A stretch of 64,000 nt of DNA from Isurus oxyrinchus (lineage: Eukaryota). This document shows positions 39,421-53,013 of this stretch, piece after piece. The translations under genes and the position numbers were made by a program. Position 1 is the first letter of the stretch, and every line of letters begins with the position of its first letter. Under the pieces are notes generated by a model, which worked only from the letters and a program-made list of their open reading frames with translations, ran no database searches and had not been told where the DNA came from. The DNA lies in NCBI GenBank assembly GCA_026770705.1, contig JANJGN010000017.1, forward strand, positions 96,100,001 through 96,164,000. The letters are read 5' to 3'.

Positions 39421-42400
39421 TGCAGTAACTGAAGGTATAGCCTTTCCTGCTGTATAACGGGGTCACATGTTTGTTCTTGGCGACTCCGACCAATGAGCCC
39501 TAAGTGTGGGTAATCCAGGGCGTGTGGTTCTCTAGTTGAGGATCTGGTTCAAGCATGTAGCTTCTGAAAAGCTCTCTGTAATAAAGTCACAAAAACAGAA
39601 AATGCTGGAAAAACTCAGGAGGTCTGACAGCACCTCTGGTGAGAAAAATAAAGTTAACGTTTCGCGTTCTTATGACTCAGTAAGAAGGGTCATATGGACT
39701 CGAAATGTTAAATCTGTTTCTCTCTCCACAGATGCTGTTAGACCTGCTGAGTTTCTTCAGCATTTGCTGTATTTGTTTCAGATTTCCAGCATCCACAGTA
39801 TTTTCCTTTTATCTGTAATAAAGTTATCTGTTTGAAGTAGAAACCTGTCCAGTACGTCAAGTCATTACGTTTGGTGATGAGGGTGAGATAGCTCCGACGC
39901 TGCACCTCGCCTTGTGAGTACATCAGATCTTAAGAAAAAAAGAAAAGTATACTCACCATCCATGCCGCTCTTCAGCAGAATCGATCCTTATGACGGTAGA
40001 CTGGAGCCAGTATGTAGAGCATCTTGGCTTTTATATCACGGCGAACAAAATTACCACAGAGGAGAAGGAGAAAGCAACCCTTCTGAGTGTATGTGGTACC
40101 AAGACACACAATCTCATGGTCTGATGGTCCTGAATGTGCCCAATTCTAAGCCCTCTAACGTGTTTGTGGACCTTGTGGAAACACATTCTCAGCTGTAGCC
40201 ATCGGTAATAATGCAGAGGTTTAACTCCAGAGTAAGGGCCCAGAGAGAGTCAATCACAACCTACATAGCGAAGATGAAGCAGTTGACTGAGCACTGTGAC
40301 TACGGAGACAAACTCAATGATATGTTGCAGGACCGATTAATTGGTGACTTTCCCAACAACTCCGTTCAGTGCAGTTTAATCGCAGAGGTCAACATCGATA
40401 TAAAGAGCGCCATGGAAATAGCACTAGCTGTGGAAAGTGCTGCGAGAGACTCACAGGCTTTACAGCACATACAACATGGCGCTGTTCTTCATGTGGGGCA
40501 GGAAACTCCGAAAACCAGAGACACAGCAGCAAAGCGAGAGGCAATCTTTGCTGCTAGAAAAACGAAAAGACCTAGTGGAAGCATTTCAGCAGCGGCTCCA
40601 AGGTTAATCTGTTAAACATGTGGGGGTAACCACATACCGGACACCTGCAGATTCAAGGAGGCAGAGTGCTGTTACTGTCATAAGAAAGGACGCATAATAA
40701 AGAAATGCAGTGTGAAATCGAGACAGCCCATAAGGCCGCAAACCAAAATGATTGAAGTGAATAATAGAACTGAACTTGAAGCTGCCAATCCCGACATCAC
40801 AGCAGTAAAAACTGAATGTATTACCATCACAATCTGAATGGGAAGCCATGAATAATGGAGGGAGATACAGGAGTCTCACCACAGTGGTGGGACAGCACAC
40901 ATTTAAATACCTAAAAGAAGTGCCTGGCCACTGAATTTAGAGAGAACCACAGCTCAATTGAAGACATACAGTGGAGAATCCATACAGGTAAAGGGCATCA
41001 CCACAGTACCTGTGTCCTATTCAGCAAACAGACAGACCAGCTTCCAGTGATCGTCATGAGAGGTGAAGGACCTAGTCTTCTGGGCCGTGACTGGTTGCAA
41101 AAAATTAAGTTCAACTACACTGAAATATTTCACATGAGAACAGGAGGAGTTCCTCAACTGTTAAAGAAACACGGCAGTATATTGCATGATAAATTAGGAA
41201 ATTTAAAATCTTGTAAGCAAAAGTGTATGTTGATTCTCAGGCAACACCCCATTTCTTTAAGGTCAGAACTGTGCCTTATTCCCTAAAGGAGAAGGTGGAT
41301 GCAGAACTGTGCTGGTTAGAAAAGCTACGCATTACCCAATCAGTCCAATTTTCAGAATGGGCAGCACCCATAATCCCAGTGGCGAAATCTGACCAAACTA
41401 TACACATTGGCGGGGACTATACATTGACCGTGAACAAAGCAGCCAAACTAGATAAATATGCTATCTCGAGGATAGAGGACATTTACGCACAGCTAGTTGG
41501 AGGAAAATTCTACACCAAACTGGACATAAGCCATGCATCCTAACAGCTAGAGCTGGATAGCACATCTAGAGGGTATGTAATCATCAACACGCACAAGGGC
41601 TTATACCAATATACGCACCTACACGTTGGAGTATCCTCTACATGTTCAATATTCCAATGGACAATAGAGAGTCTTTTGCAAGGACTTCCCCAAGTAATAG
41701 TAAACCTAGGTGATGTTCTGATCACACGGTCAACTGAACTGAATATTTGGCCAACCTTGAAGAGATGTTAGGAATATATTTGGAAGCTGGTGTACGATTA
41801 AAGAGGGAGAAATGTACATTCCAAGCATCAGGAGTTACTTACCTGGGTCACTGGGTGGATGCCATGGGGTTGTATCCAGAAGAAGAGGAAGTTGGAGCAA
41901 TCAAATAGGCATCCTCTCCACCCAGTGTAACTGAACTCAAGTCTTTTCTGGGCAGGATCAATTATTACAGCCGTTTCTTATCAAACTTGTCAACAGTGTT
42001 AGCACCAATACACTTGTTGTTTAAAAAGAACCATCGTTGGTCATGGAATATGCAACAAGAAGAAGCTTTTGTGAAAGTTAAGATGCTATTACAGTCATCA
42101 TGTTTATTGGTACATTCTGACCCATCAAAAGAATTAATAGTGAACTGTGATGTGTCTCCGTACGGTGTGGGAGCTGTGTTATCTCACAGGATGGAAGATG
42201 GATCAGAAAGGACAAGTGGCTACATCTCCAGAACCCTCGCTGCAGCCGAGAAGTAATGTTCCAAATGAGAAAAGGAAGGTTTATTGGTGGTATTCGGAGT
42301 GAAGAGATTTCACCAGTACCTGAATAGACAACATTTCACCATTGTGTTGGACCGTAAACCATTAATGGGTTTATTCGGTAAGGATAAAGCCATTCTGCCA

Positions 42401-44199
42401 ATAGCCTCAGCAAGAATTCAACATTGGGCTTTGATATTATCTGTATATGATTATATCTTTATGCACCATTCTGGCTTTCACATTACAAATGCGGACACAC
42501 TGAGTCATCTCCGTTACCAGATAGCATTTTACATACTCCTGTGCCACAAGAAGTTGTGCTTGTACTGAATTTCTTGGATTCTTTGCCTGTGTGAAAAGCG
42601 AATTAGGAATCTGGATAAACAGACATCCAATTTTGTCAAAGGTCTGAGACCAGTTTTTCAAGGGTGTCGAATTCACCAGTGTCTTAAGAGATGAGACCAG
42701 TACATGCCTGAAAAAAAGAGTTAAGTTGTTAAGATGGAATCTTGCTGAGGGGATCAAGAGTCCCTTTGCGAGGAGGAGAACCACTCTTGACAGAGCTTCT
42801 CAATGCACATCCAGGTGTATCGAAGATGAAAATACTTGCGTGAAGCTGTGTCTGGTGGCCAGGCATAGACAGTGACATTGAAAGCATGGTCAAGCACTGG
42901 CTCCAGTTTCAGCAACAGAAATTGTCTGTTTTAGCTCCACTGCATTCTTGGGAGTCGGCTGGTCAAGCTTGGATTCGGCTACATATTGATTATTGGGTAC
43001 CAAGTTTTATTGATCATACATGCACATTCTAAATGGAAGGATGTGTATGAAGTCAGATCACCAGCATTGAGTACAACTATTGAAAGGCTGCGTTAATGTT
43101 TTAGTATACATGGTACTCCTGCAAGTCATTGTTTCAGATAATGGTACACTCTTTACCAACACAGAGTTTCTGAGATTCATGAGTTTAACTGGAATCAGAC
43201 ATATTAAACAGCACCATATCATCCCTCATTGGATGAGTTCGCGGAAAGAGCTGTGAAAATGTTCAAATCAGAAATAAAGAGGTTACCTGAAGTTATGCTA
43301 GCAAGCCGACTTTCCTGTTTTCTTCTCAATTTTTGTACAACGCCTCATTCCACTCCAGGTTCAACACTGTCTGAATTATTGATGAAACCCCGCCTAAGTA
43401 CAAGGTTAAGTCTGGTGTTTCCAAACTTAGATGGGAAGGTAGAGAAGAATCAGAGTAATCAAAAACTGAATCACGATATTCATAGCAAAGCTCAAAGATT
43501 TACTGTAGGTGATACAGTTTTTGTGCAGGATTTTGGAAATGGACTTTGACTGATTCCTGGTACAATTGTCTCAGAAACTGGTCCCTTGTCCTTGCAGGTG
43601 CAAGTGAAACATCGAGTTGTTCAAAAACATGTGGATCATCATGGAAGGAGAGAGGCACTCCAACAAACAGCTATTCCACCTGTGACTAACATCGAACCAT
43701 TAATCTCTGCAGTGACATGACTGGCCGCAACAGACATAGCCAATGTCTCTGTAGAGTTGCCAAACCCTCAAGTGCCACTATCTAATAGTGGACCTGATGC
43801 TGCAAATCCTGATCATGTCGATCCAGTGAAATAACCTCAAGTGCTAGGTTTACAGCGCTCTAATCGAATAAGGAAACCAGTTGAGAGACGTAGTCTTTAG
43901 TCACTGGACTTATATGAATGTTTATGTTGTGGGATATTCAAACGTTCTCTGTAAATAGGAAGTGTAAAATACTAAAAGGCGGAATAATATCGTAACTGAA
44001 GGTATCATCTTTCCTACTGCCTGTCAGGGGTTACGTGATTGCTCTTGGAGATTCTAAACAATGAGCCCTACGCGCGGCTTCTCTGGGGCAGGCGTTTTCC
44101 AGTTGAGGATCTGGTTCAAGCACGTAGCTTCTGAAAAGCTCTCTGTGATAAAGTTATCTGTTTCAAATGAAAACCTGTCCCGTACGTCAAGTCATTACA
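39421..44199 (+). mobile_element. Ty3/Gypsy LTR retrotransposon, degenerate, full length
   Basis: Same structure as 25828-30605, with a perfect TSD CTGGC at 39416-39420 and 44200-44204. Confidence 0.93.
39588..39811. mobile_element. Penelope-like inverted-repeat insertion inside the Gypsy 5' LTR (also 4249-4384 partial, 12942-13165, 25995-26218 and 53181-53404)
   Basis: A 224-bp insert absent from the 3' LTR and flanked by a 13-bp direct repeat, TCTGTAATAAAGT. Its arms are inverted (aatgctg..aaactcag..gttaacgtttcg / cgaaa.gtta..ctgagttt..cagcatt). Confidence 0.7.
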
Positions 44200-44576
44200 C
44201 TGGCACAGCCAGTGATGCCCATGTCCCATGGAAGAATAAAAAAAACTATTTTGAAGAAGAGAGGAGGTGTCCTTTGTATTGTGGTCTTTACTCACTGGCT
44301 GATATTTCCACAGTCATTGCCCTCAGTATCAGGGTGAACATCCTCGCCGGTCAGTGGACTTGAGTTCCAGCCAATGGTTGCTGCTGACGTGGCCATCGCT
44401 GGGCACCATGAGGATTTGAACTTTGTAACCTTGAAGCTGAAGAATAAAAATCTACACCAGCCAAACAGGACAGAAATTCCTCTCTTGGTGACTGTAAAAG
44501 TGTTTCGTTGGGCTGAGTATGATCTCCTGCATTGATAAGAATGTATATTTTTTGGGACTAAGCAGTCACTTTACAG

Positions 44577-45590
44577 CAGGGGTGAGGAACCCTCGACCCG
44601 GAGGCTGGATTCAGCCCCTTGTACTTTTTCATCCGGCCCGCTGAGTTTTTCAAAGCGCAGCCTCACCAACCTCCCCGCTACCCCCTCGAGTACCTGATGC
44701 GCTCTGAGCCAGGCACCGCCATCTCCTGCTGCCTCAGCCTCGGCCACAGTCTGCAGAAGCCCAGGCTGTGTGGACAGAGTCAGGGCCAAGATCCAGGAGC
44801 AGGAGGGCAGGGACAGGAAGCTGACGGCTGCTGATGGGGTGGTGAAGTGTGAGTTAGCCGTGACAGGGGAAAAAGGGAGCAGCTCACCCAGCTCCATCGG
44901 CGGCTCACCCCCTTATCCTCCTAAATCCATTGGTGTCGCAGGACAGGGGCTCAGCACCTGCAGAGTGAGGGAGAGGCCCAGGCTCCTGGCCCAGGTGTAG
45001 CCTCTGACTGGGAGTTGGCTAGAGGGTTGGACTGTTGAGTCACTGCCCTGGTTTGGGTGTGAGTCAGAGTGGGATAGAGAAGGAGAGAGAGAGATAGAGA
45101 GGCAGAGTGGGAAAGGAGACGGAGAGAGAGAGAGGGANNNNNNNNNNNNNNNNNNNNNNNNNNNNNNNNNNNNNNNNNNNNNNNNNNNNNNNNNNNNNNN
45201 NNNNNNNNNNNNNNNNNNNNNNNNNNNNNNNNNNNNNNNNNNNNNNNNNNNNNNNNNNNNNNNNNNNGAGAGAGTGAAAGAGAGAATGGGGAAGGAAAAG
45301 GTGAGAGAGAGAGAGAGAGTGGGAAAGGAGAGAGAGAGAGATAGAGATTGGGAAAGGAAAGCAAGCAAAACGTTGAGCTGAATCTCAGCAGTACTGTGAT
45401 TTAGACAGAGAAACTGTGCTACTAATGAAGGAAAAGCAAACACAGGCATCGTATTAAAGCAGATGGGTTGAACGTTTCTGTATTCTCTCTTAAAATGATA
45501 AATGAAGTTGCTTATTATGTGTGTGTGGCCCATGGCTGATTTGGTCTATGTGTGAATAGCCCTGGATAAGAAAGGATTTTTCCATCCCTG
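44577..45590. mobile_element. hAT-like non-autonomous element (co-duplicated copy, spans an N gap)
   Basis: Same termini and TSD as the other copies. Confidence 0.65.
45138..45267. other. Assembly gap (130 N)
   Basis: N run at the same unit position as the first gap. Confidence 0.99.
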
Positions 45591-48500
45591 CTTTGGAGGT
45601 TGGTCATTAGACACTTTCAGCAGCAAGAGCAGGGAGGTGTGAGGCATCGCTGGAAGACACAATATTTGAATTTGTGTCTCCGAGGTGCCCACAGGCCTGT
45701 TCTGGAGTAAAGAATCTGTAAAGGAAGCAGTCTGGAGTGGGAAGCACATTCCACTGCCTAGCAGAAATGGGAGAACAGGATACAGAAATGGCTCATGAGC
45801 TGAACCAGCTAACAGTGACCTCACAACACACATTGGATTACCTACCAAGGAATGGGCAATAAATGCTGGCCCAGCCAGCGATGCACACACCACGATGATG
45901 ATTTTTTCAAACAGAAATGTCAGACTGGCACAGGAGGGCTTCTGGTTCTGGACTCATGAATTGAGACAAACAGGTTAGGTAGAACAAAGGGAGTTTTGTT
46001 CTGTACTGGACCACACTGTCACTGAAATAGCAGCACTGGGTGCAGACAGCGGTTGTCGCTGTACAAGGTAACGACCCTTCTCCAGAATTGACATTCATCA
46101 GCTTGTACAGTAAGCTCCAAATCTTTCAGAAAATGGGAATGAGAAACTTGATTGTGAACTCAATTTCACATCCTATGAAAAGTGTGTGAGGAGGAAATGT
46201 GCATCTGAGATGTCCTGAATGTGGATCATGTTTCCCAAGGATTCCAGCTCCTAATTTGGTTGGACACATTTCTGGGTGTTGAATCATGTCTTTCAGTCTC
46301 CACACCCCACTCTTGGTGTGAGTTATGTTTATCTCTCAGCCACATCCACTTGAAAAAGCAATAGACCTCGGTTGTACTATTTGTGGACAGCCTTTGTTAT
46401 CGAGTTTTCAGCAGGAACACATTAGATATTCACGAATAAGGATTGAAAATCCCGTTATTTCCTGGATTATCTTCTGGGTTCCATAAATCCATTCCTGGAG
46501 TCTCCATCGCAACACTGAAGGATTGGGAATCCTTCTCATTAATGCTTAAGTCCCATACAAATGCCAAGTCCCACATACAATTCTGTAAATGTTTTGAGCT
46601 GAGGTATCACCTTGTGCATCCCCAAGGTGAACAAGTGAATGGATATGAGTTTGTAGCTTCAGGGTCAATAAATCGAGCCCCCTGTTCAGCTCACTTTATA
46701 ACAGACCATCTGAATTCACCTGTTTGTCAGCTTATCCCTCAATCCACTCCACAAAACAATCCCAGTTGTCTTTGGATGTCTTCCAGTGCTTTATTGACCA
46801 TCACTCTGAGTGAAAACTTCTATCTGATTGGGAATTAGTCTAATCTAAGTGACATGACAAAGTTCCTCAACATGTTCCCTCTTTATTCCCTCCCCCACCC
46901 GCACTCCACACCAACCCAACAGAAACTCATCTTGTGCCTTACTCTGCTGCTCCTGGCTGTTGAACATGGAGAATCTTACTGCCACAGCAAATTTCACCCA
47001 AGTAAGTACCAAACCTTTGCCAACTTTCCATTTAGATCTGGGGTGAAAATGAGCTAAACATAAGAACTGAGGCTGAATGTAACCTCCACCCAATTGATGA
47101 ATGTTGTCAATGGCTATGGAACCCAACTCCTGCATGATAAAGTGATAGTCCCAGCCTCACATAACTGCTCCAGGCCACATGAAACCTTCCCTCAGGGATT
47201 CCCTTACACAGTCCCCCTCCGCTAAGGGTCCATGAAGGAATAGGCCTTGTCAAATTAGCCAGCTCCTGCTCCATGGGTCAAAGCTTGGCTGTTGTGTGCA
47301 AATGAAGTCCCGGACAACAAACTGGCTGAGGCCTCATTGTGGTAAGCACGGAAACAATCCTCCAGCACACTGCCTAAATTCAGACCCCAGCAAGTATCCA
47401 GCCCATTCCAGACCACCAACCCACCCCCATCCAGAAGGAGTTGGGCAGGGGTCACTGGATGGAGACAACCCCCTTTCTCAATGGCAGTCAATGTGTTCCG
47501 AGGTTCATGGCTGTGAAACTCTCAGGCCCAGGTCCTCTTGGATATGGAACTTGGCTCTTCCCAGGTCCAAAGATCTCAGTGATGATGCAGCTGACCAGGC
47601 AATTCTTCAAACTTCCAAATATAATTGCAGCCCATGGTACCTCTTCAGTCTTTGATGAGACATTGACAGACCAATCTCAGTCTCTTTCTCTTTCTCTCAC
47701 TCTCTCTTTGATTCCCACCTGGAATTCCAGACTCACCGAACTGCAGGGATGAAGTTGATGGCACCTGGCATGAACCTGGCAAAAGCTGGATAAACTCTGA
47801 CTGCCTGGCAAAAGCTGGATAAACTCTGACTGCATGAGATGTTCGTGCTCGGTTGAATTGATGAGCTGCTGTACAACGTAAGTGATTCTCTGACGTTGCA
47901 GCTCAAATAGCCCTTTTGTGTCATTCTGCACTGATCTTTCTTATTGAAGCACAAAGTGGATTTGGGATGAGCAGCCAGACAAGGAGTCGTTTCCGTCATC
48001 TTGTTATAATGATAAAAAGAAGCAATCACTCAAAACATTGGATAACCACATTGTGGCTTTATTTCGTGAGGCTAGACACCTGGGTACGTTTGTACTAAGG
48101 TAAAAATCTTGAAGATATCAGAGCTGTGCTCTTCTCTAATCACAGGCAAAAGTGAAACTAAGACCGGATCATATGACACACGTCCCTTCCAGTGATGTCA
48201 TGTTGCTACATCTTAAAGAGATATTACAACAAATTCAAAGGTGTTTACAGATTGGGAAACATTGCAGGATTGGTGGTCTCAGGTCAGCGGAATGAACGGA
48301 ACACATGACTTCCTTCCTCTCTTTTCCAGACTTGTTACCACCTGAAGTATCTCCCAAGCCCTGTGCATAGTACCAAATTTTGGGATACAGGCATCGATAA
48401 AATGGTGGCACGGCTCAGAGGGTGATGGGAAGGGAGAGTGAGAAGTGGGAGAACATTCCAATGTGGAGATGCCCCACTGTAAAAGAGCATGTAGATGAGG

Positions 48501-50475
48501 AGAGAGTAGAAAAAAGGAGAGGGCCGAAATGAGGAGAGAGCAGAGACAAAGAGAGAGCGGAGACTAAGAGAGAGCAGAGACTAAGACAGAGCAGCGATGA
48601 AGACAGACTGGAGACGGAGAGAGAGTGGAGATGGAGAGAGAGTGTGGACGAGACAGGGTGGGGAGGGAGAAAGTGGAGATGAAGAGTGAGTGCAGTTGAA
48701 GAGAGGAGATAGAGTGCTGTAGAGAGGGTGAAGCTGCAAAGAGGATAGAGATGAAGAGAGTGGGGATGAGGAGCTAATTTAGATGAGAGAATGTTTAAAT
48801 GAAGAGAGAGATATCTTGAATAGAGGGTGTAGATGAAGACAGGTAGGAGATGAAGAGCGAATGGAGAGGAAGAGAGAATGGAGAAGAAGATAGAGTGGAC
48901 ATGAAGAGAGAGCGGAAATAAAGAGAGGGCGGAGATGAAGAGAGGTTGGAGATAAAGAGAAGGCAGAGATAAAGAGAGTGTGGCTAAGGTAATAATGTAG
49001 ATGAGAGAGTATGGAAATGAAGAGAGAAAGGAGATGAAGAGAGAATGCAATTTAAGTGAGTGCAGATAGAGAGCTTTAGGGAGGGTGGAGATGCAGAGAG
49101 GGTGGAGATGAAGAGGTGAGGAAAGAGTAGAGATGAAGAGAGAGTGGAAATGAAGAGAGGGTGGAGATAAAGAGAGGGTGGAGATGAAGAGAGATTGGAG
49201 ATAAAGAGAGGTTGGAGATGAGGAGAGATTGGATATGAAGAGAAGGTATAAATGAAGAGATTGGGGATGAGGTAATAATGTCGATGAGAGAGCATGGAAA
49301 TGAAGGGAGAAAGGAGGTGAAGTGAGAATGCAGTTGAAGAGAAGGTGGAGATGAAGAGAGGGTGGAGATGAAGAGAGGGTGGAGTTGAAGAGAGAGTGGA
49401 GTTGAAGAGAGAGTGGAGATGAAGCGAGGGTGGAGATAAAGGGAGGGTAGAAATGAAGAGAGAGTGAAGATGAAGAGAAGGTGGAGATGAAGAGAGAATG
49501 GAGATGAAGAGAGGGTGGAGTTGCAGAGATACTTCTTGATCTGTTTCTCTTGTCAGGCCACATGGGAGGTCAGTTTTCTGCTGCTGCCTCTCTCCAATTG
49601 GATACTCAGAATCTGCTGGCGACATTGGGGGAAACAAAAAATTTATCCAAAGGCTGTCCATCACCCTTTGGGAGAAACTGGTGAAATTGTTCAGTGAAAG
49701 CACTACAGTACAAATTTAACCCTTACCCTTGGGATCATTCTAATGCTTTATTCATCTGTGATTTGCAGGTATGGCAGACCAACTGCTACCCAGATGATTG
49801 TATCGCAGTTTTTGACCGTGAGAATTGTCAATATTGGATCCAAAAGAAGAACGATGCTTCTGTTGAATATCAATTTACTGGCAGAGTTGGGTAATCAGAA
49901 TAAAAGCATTTAATTTCCAATATAAAACCATCAGCTTCATTCTCGATGCAAGTACCATGGGAGAATGGGAGCCTTGCTTCCTACATGAAACATCAATATT
50001 ACAATAAAGATATTTCACAGTGGTTTCATTCTCAAACCTTATCTATTATTTCAACAAGTCATAAGTGTGTGTGCATGTGTGTGTGTGTGTGTGATGGTGG
50101 GGAGGGAGAAAGTGTCCAGAGTAGGCAGTGTGAGTGTAAAGAGAACATACAAGAGTGTGCAAGAGAGAGAGTGTGCAAGAGAGAGAGTGTGAGAGAGAGT
50201 ATGCCAGCGAGAGTGCGCCCACAGGAGTATGTGTGGGAGAGCGTGTGTATACGAGGAAGTACATGTGGATATGAAACACCATGGCTGTTGAAAGCTACAA
50301 TGCTCAATGGGTTACATATAACGAATAATTAGTCAGATTAAGAGGGGCTTTCCTGAACCAATCACAAAGGACGTGAAGAGGGAAAGAAATCCAAGCCAGA
50401 AAGGTCTTTAAAGAAGTTGCTGACACCCATTCACATTGTATCTGGGCACATTGTCTCTTCATGTTCCTTTCTTCA

Positions 50476-50791
50476 GGAGGTCTTGTGGCTCAGTGGGTAG
50501 TGACCCTGCCTCTGAGCCCTAAGCTCCCAGGTCAATTCTTAGCCAGGACTTGACGGCCAAGGAAGGTGTGGTGATAAAGGAGCCAAACAGGTTGAGTGAC
50601 GACCGGTAAATTGTTCTAACCAGTATATGGCAGCTGGCAAGAGTGCAGCCATATTGGATGTAGAATGATGCCCCTCGAGCTCTAACCTCTGGATTCAGGG
50701 TGGTGACCTGTTCCAGGAATAATGAGCACCGGGAACAAACGTAAGCATGTGCTTTGTCTCCTGTGTCTCCAGGTGCAGGGAGAGAGTATGA
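50476..50791 (+). mobile_element. tRNA-derived SINE (co-duplicated copy)
   Basis: Homologous to 1521-1856 with the same TSD. Confidence 0.7.
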
Positions 50792-51898
50792 GTTCCTTTC
50801 TTCACAAAACGAACCCATCAACATTGACTGGCGGGTGAGAGACAAGTGTAGAAACGTTGCAGATTTCTCATTGTTTACACTGAGTAGATTAGTTACCTGC
50901 AGTAATCAATAACCAAAAGTATATTAACCTAAAATAATATTATGCTGAATTGTCCCTGTTGTCTCAGTAGAAAGACATAAATCTAAACAAAATGACAAGA
51001 AAAGCTCTAATGAGGGGGACGGACCATCCAGGAATTAACATCTTAGAGGGCCAGTCAGGAGACAACAGGAAATGATATCAATAGATGTCCAGTGCCATAA
51101 AGAAACCTGTCAGGAACTGATCATGCACTTCTCAACTAATCAGGTCCTGGTCACGCTCCACAGCAACCAAACGGGGATCAGTGACATGATTGACCATGCA
51201 CATGCTTCGTGGTTGAACTGCTTTGACCTCCCCAGTGACCTCCTCCCAAACTGGCGTTGTGAGGTTGGTGGACCTGTTGCTACCATCTCTGGGATAGAGG
51301 AACTCCCTCTGCTCCTTGGCTGCCTGGAGGAGTGTCTGAAGGGAGCTGTCGCTGAACTTTGCAGCAAATGGTCTGGATCTCCTCAGGGTCCTCTCTCACT
51401 ACAGCAGGTCCTGGGCCGCACACAGTGACGGCGTGTATGGGTCTCATTTCAAAATGACGCAGGACATTCAACCCCATGAGGTAAAAGGTAACCCCAGCCC
51501 GCCCAGACAACACATTCAATGAGCTGATGGAAGAGCTGAAGAGGGGACAATCTGGTGTGAGAACCGACGTCTAGTGGGAATCACACCCACTATCCAGCCA
51601 CCACAGCACTTAGCCTCCAGAACAGAAAATTCCACCACAGACTTGAGCACACAGTGGAGGCCCATTGTTCCCAGTGCAGTTACACATGGCCAATCCATGT
51701 TCCCCAATTTATACCAGTGATGCTGAGCTCAGTTAACTCCGACCCAACATCAGCCAGGCTCATATTTGCCCAGATTGGACATTATTGTCTGGGTGTGTTA
51801 GCCAGTGCTAAGGGTGTACTGCATTATCATGCAAAATGTTGAACTGAAGTTCTGCTGACATTCACTGCTTCATGTAAGAGATCCAATGGCTCAAGGGG

Positions 51899-53013
51899 TG
51901 GGGTGAGAGTGACTGCCCTTGACATCAAGGCTGCATTTGACCAAGTGTGGCATCAGGGAGCCCCAGCAAAACTGGACTCAATGGGAATCAGGGGGCAAAC
52001 TCTCTGCTGGTTGGAGTCATACCTCGCACAAAGGAAAATGGTTGTGCTTGTTGGAGGTCAATCATCTCAGTCCCAGGACATCACTGCAGGAGTTGCTCAG
52101 GGTAGTGTCCTAGGCCCAACCATCTTCAGCTGCTTCATCAATCACCTTCCTTCCATCACAAGATCAGAAGTAGGGATGTTCGTTGATGATTGCACAATGT
52201 TCAGCACCATTCGCAATTCCTCAGATAGTGAAGCAGTCCATGTCCAAATGCAAAAAGACCTGGACAATATCCAGGCTTGGACTGACAAGTGGCAGGGAAC
52301 GTTCGCACCACACAAGTGTCAGGCAATGACTATCTCCAACAAGAGAGAATCCAACCATCACCACTTGACATTTAAGGCATTGCAATCACTGAATCCCTTA
52401 CTATCAACATCCTGAGGGTTACCATTTCCAGAAACGGAACTGGACTAGCCATATAAATACTGTGGCTACAAGAGCAGGTCAGAGGCTGAGAGTCCTGCGA
52501 TGGGTAACTCACCTCCTGACTCCCCAAAGTCTGCCAACCATCTACAAGACACAAGTCAGGAGTGAGATGGAATACGCCCCACTTGCCTGGATGAGGGCAG
52601 CTCCCAAAACAGTCCAGAACCTCAATATCATCTGGGACAAAGCAGCCTGCTTGATTGGCACCACATCCACCAACGACGCACATTAGCAGCAGTGTGTACC
52701 ATCTACAAGGTGCATTGCAGGAACTCACCAAGGTTCCTTAAACAGCATCTTCCAAACCCATGACCACGTCCATCTAGGAGGACAAGGGCAACAGATAGAT
52801 GGGAACACCACCAACTGAAGGATCCCCTCCAATTCAATCACCATCCTGACTTCGAAAGATATCTCCGTTCCTTCACTGTCACTGGGTCAAAAACCTGGAA
52901 CTCCCTCCCTAACAGCACTGTGGGTGTCCCTACACCACATGGACTGCAGCGGTTCAAGAAGGCAGCTCCCCCTTCTCAAGGGGCAATTAGGGATGGGCAA
53001 TAACAATGCTGGC
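51899..53013 (+). mobile_element. 5'-truncated CR1-clade LINE
   Basis: ORF 51903..52415 has RT motifs and is followed by the 3' UTR. Confidence 0.9.

Larger units (their letters stand above)
44519..49894 (+). pseudogene. MSMB: MSMB-like pseudogene, copy D
   Basis: ATG at 44519 with no donor; exons 46923-47001, 47731-47877 and 49769-49894. It has the same four lesions as copy C. Confidence 0.88.
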
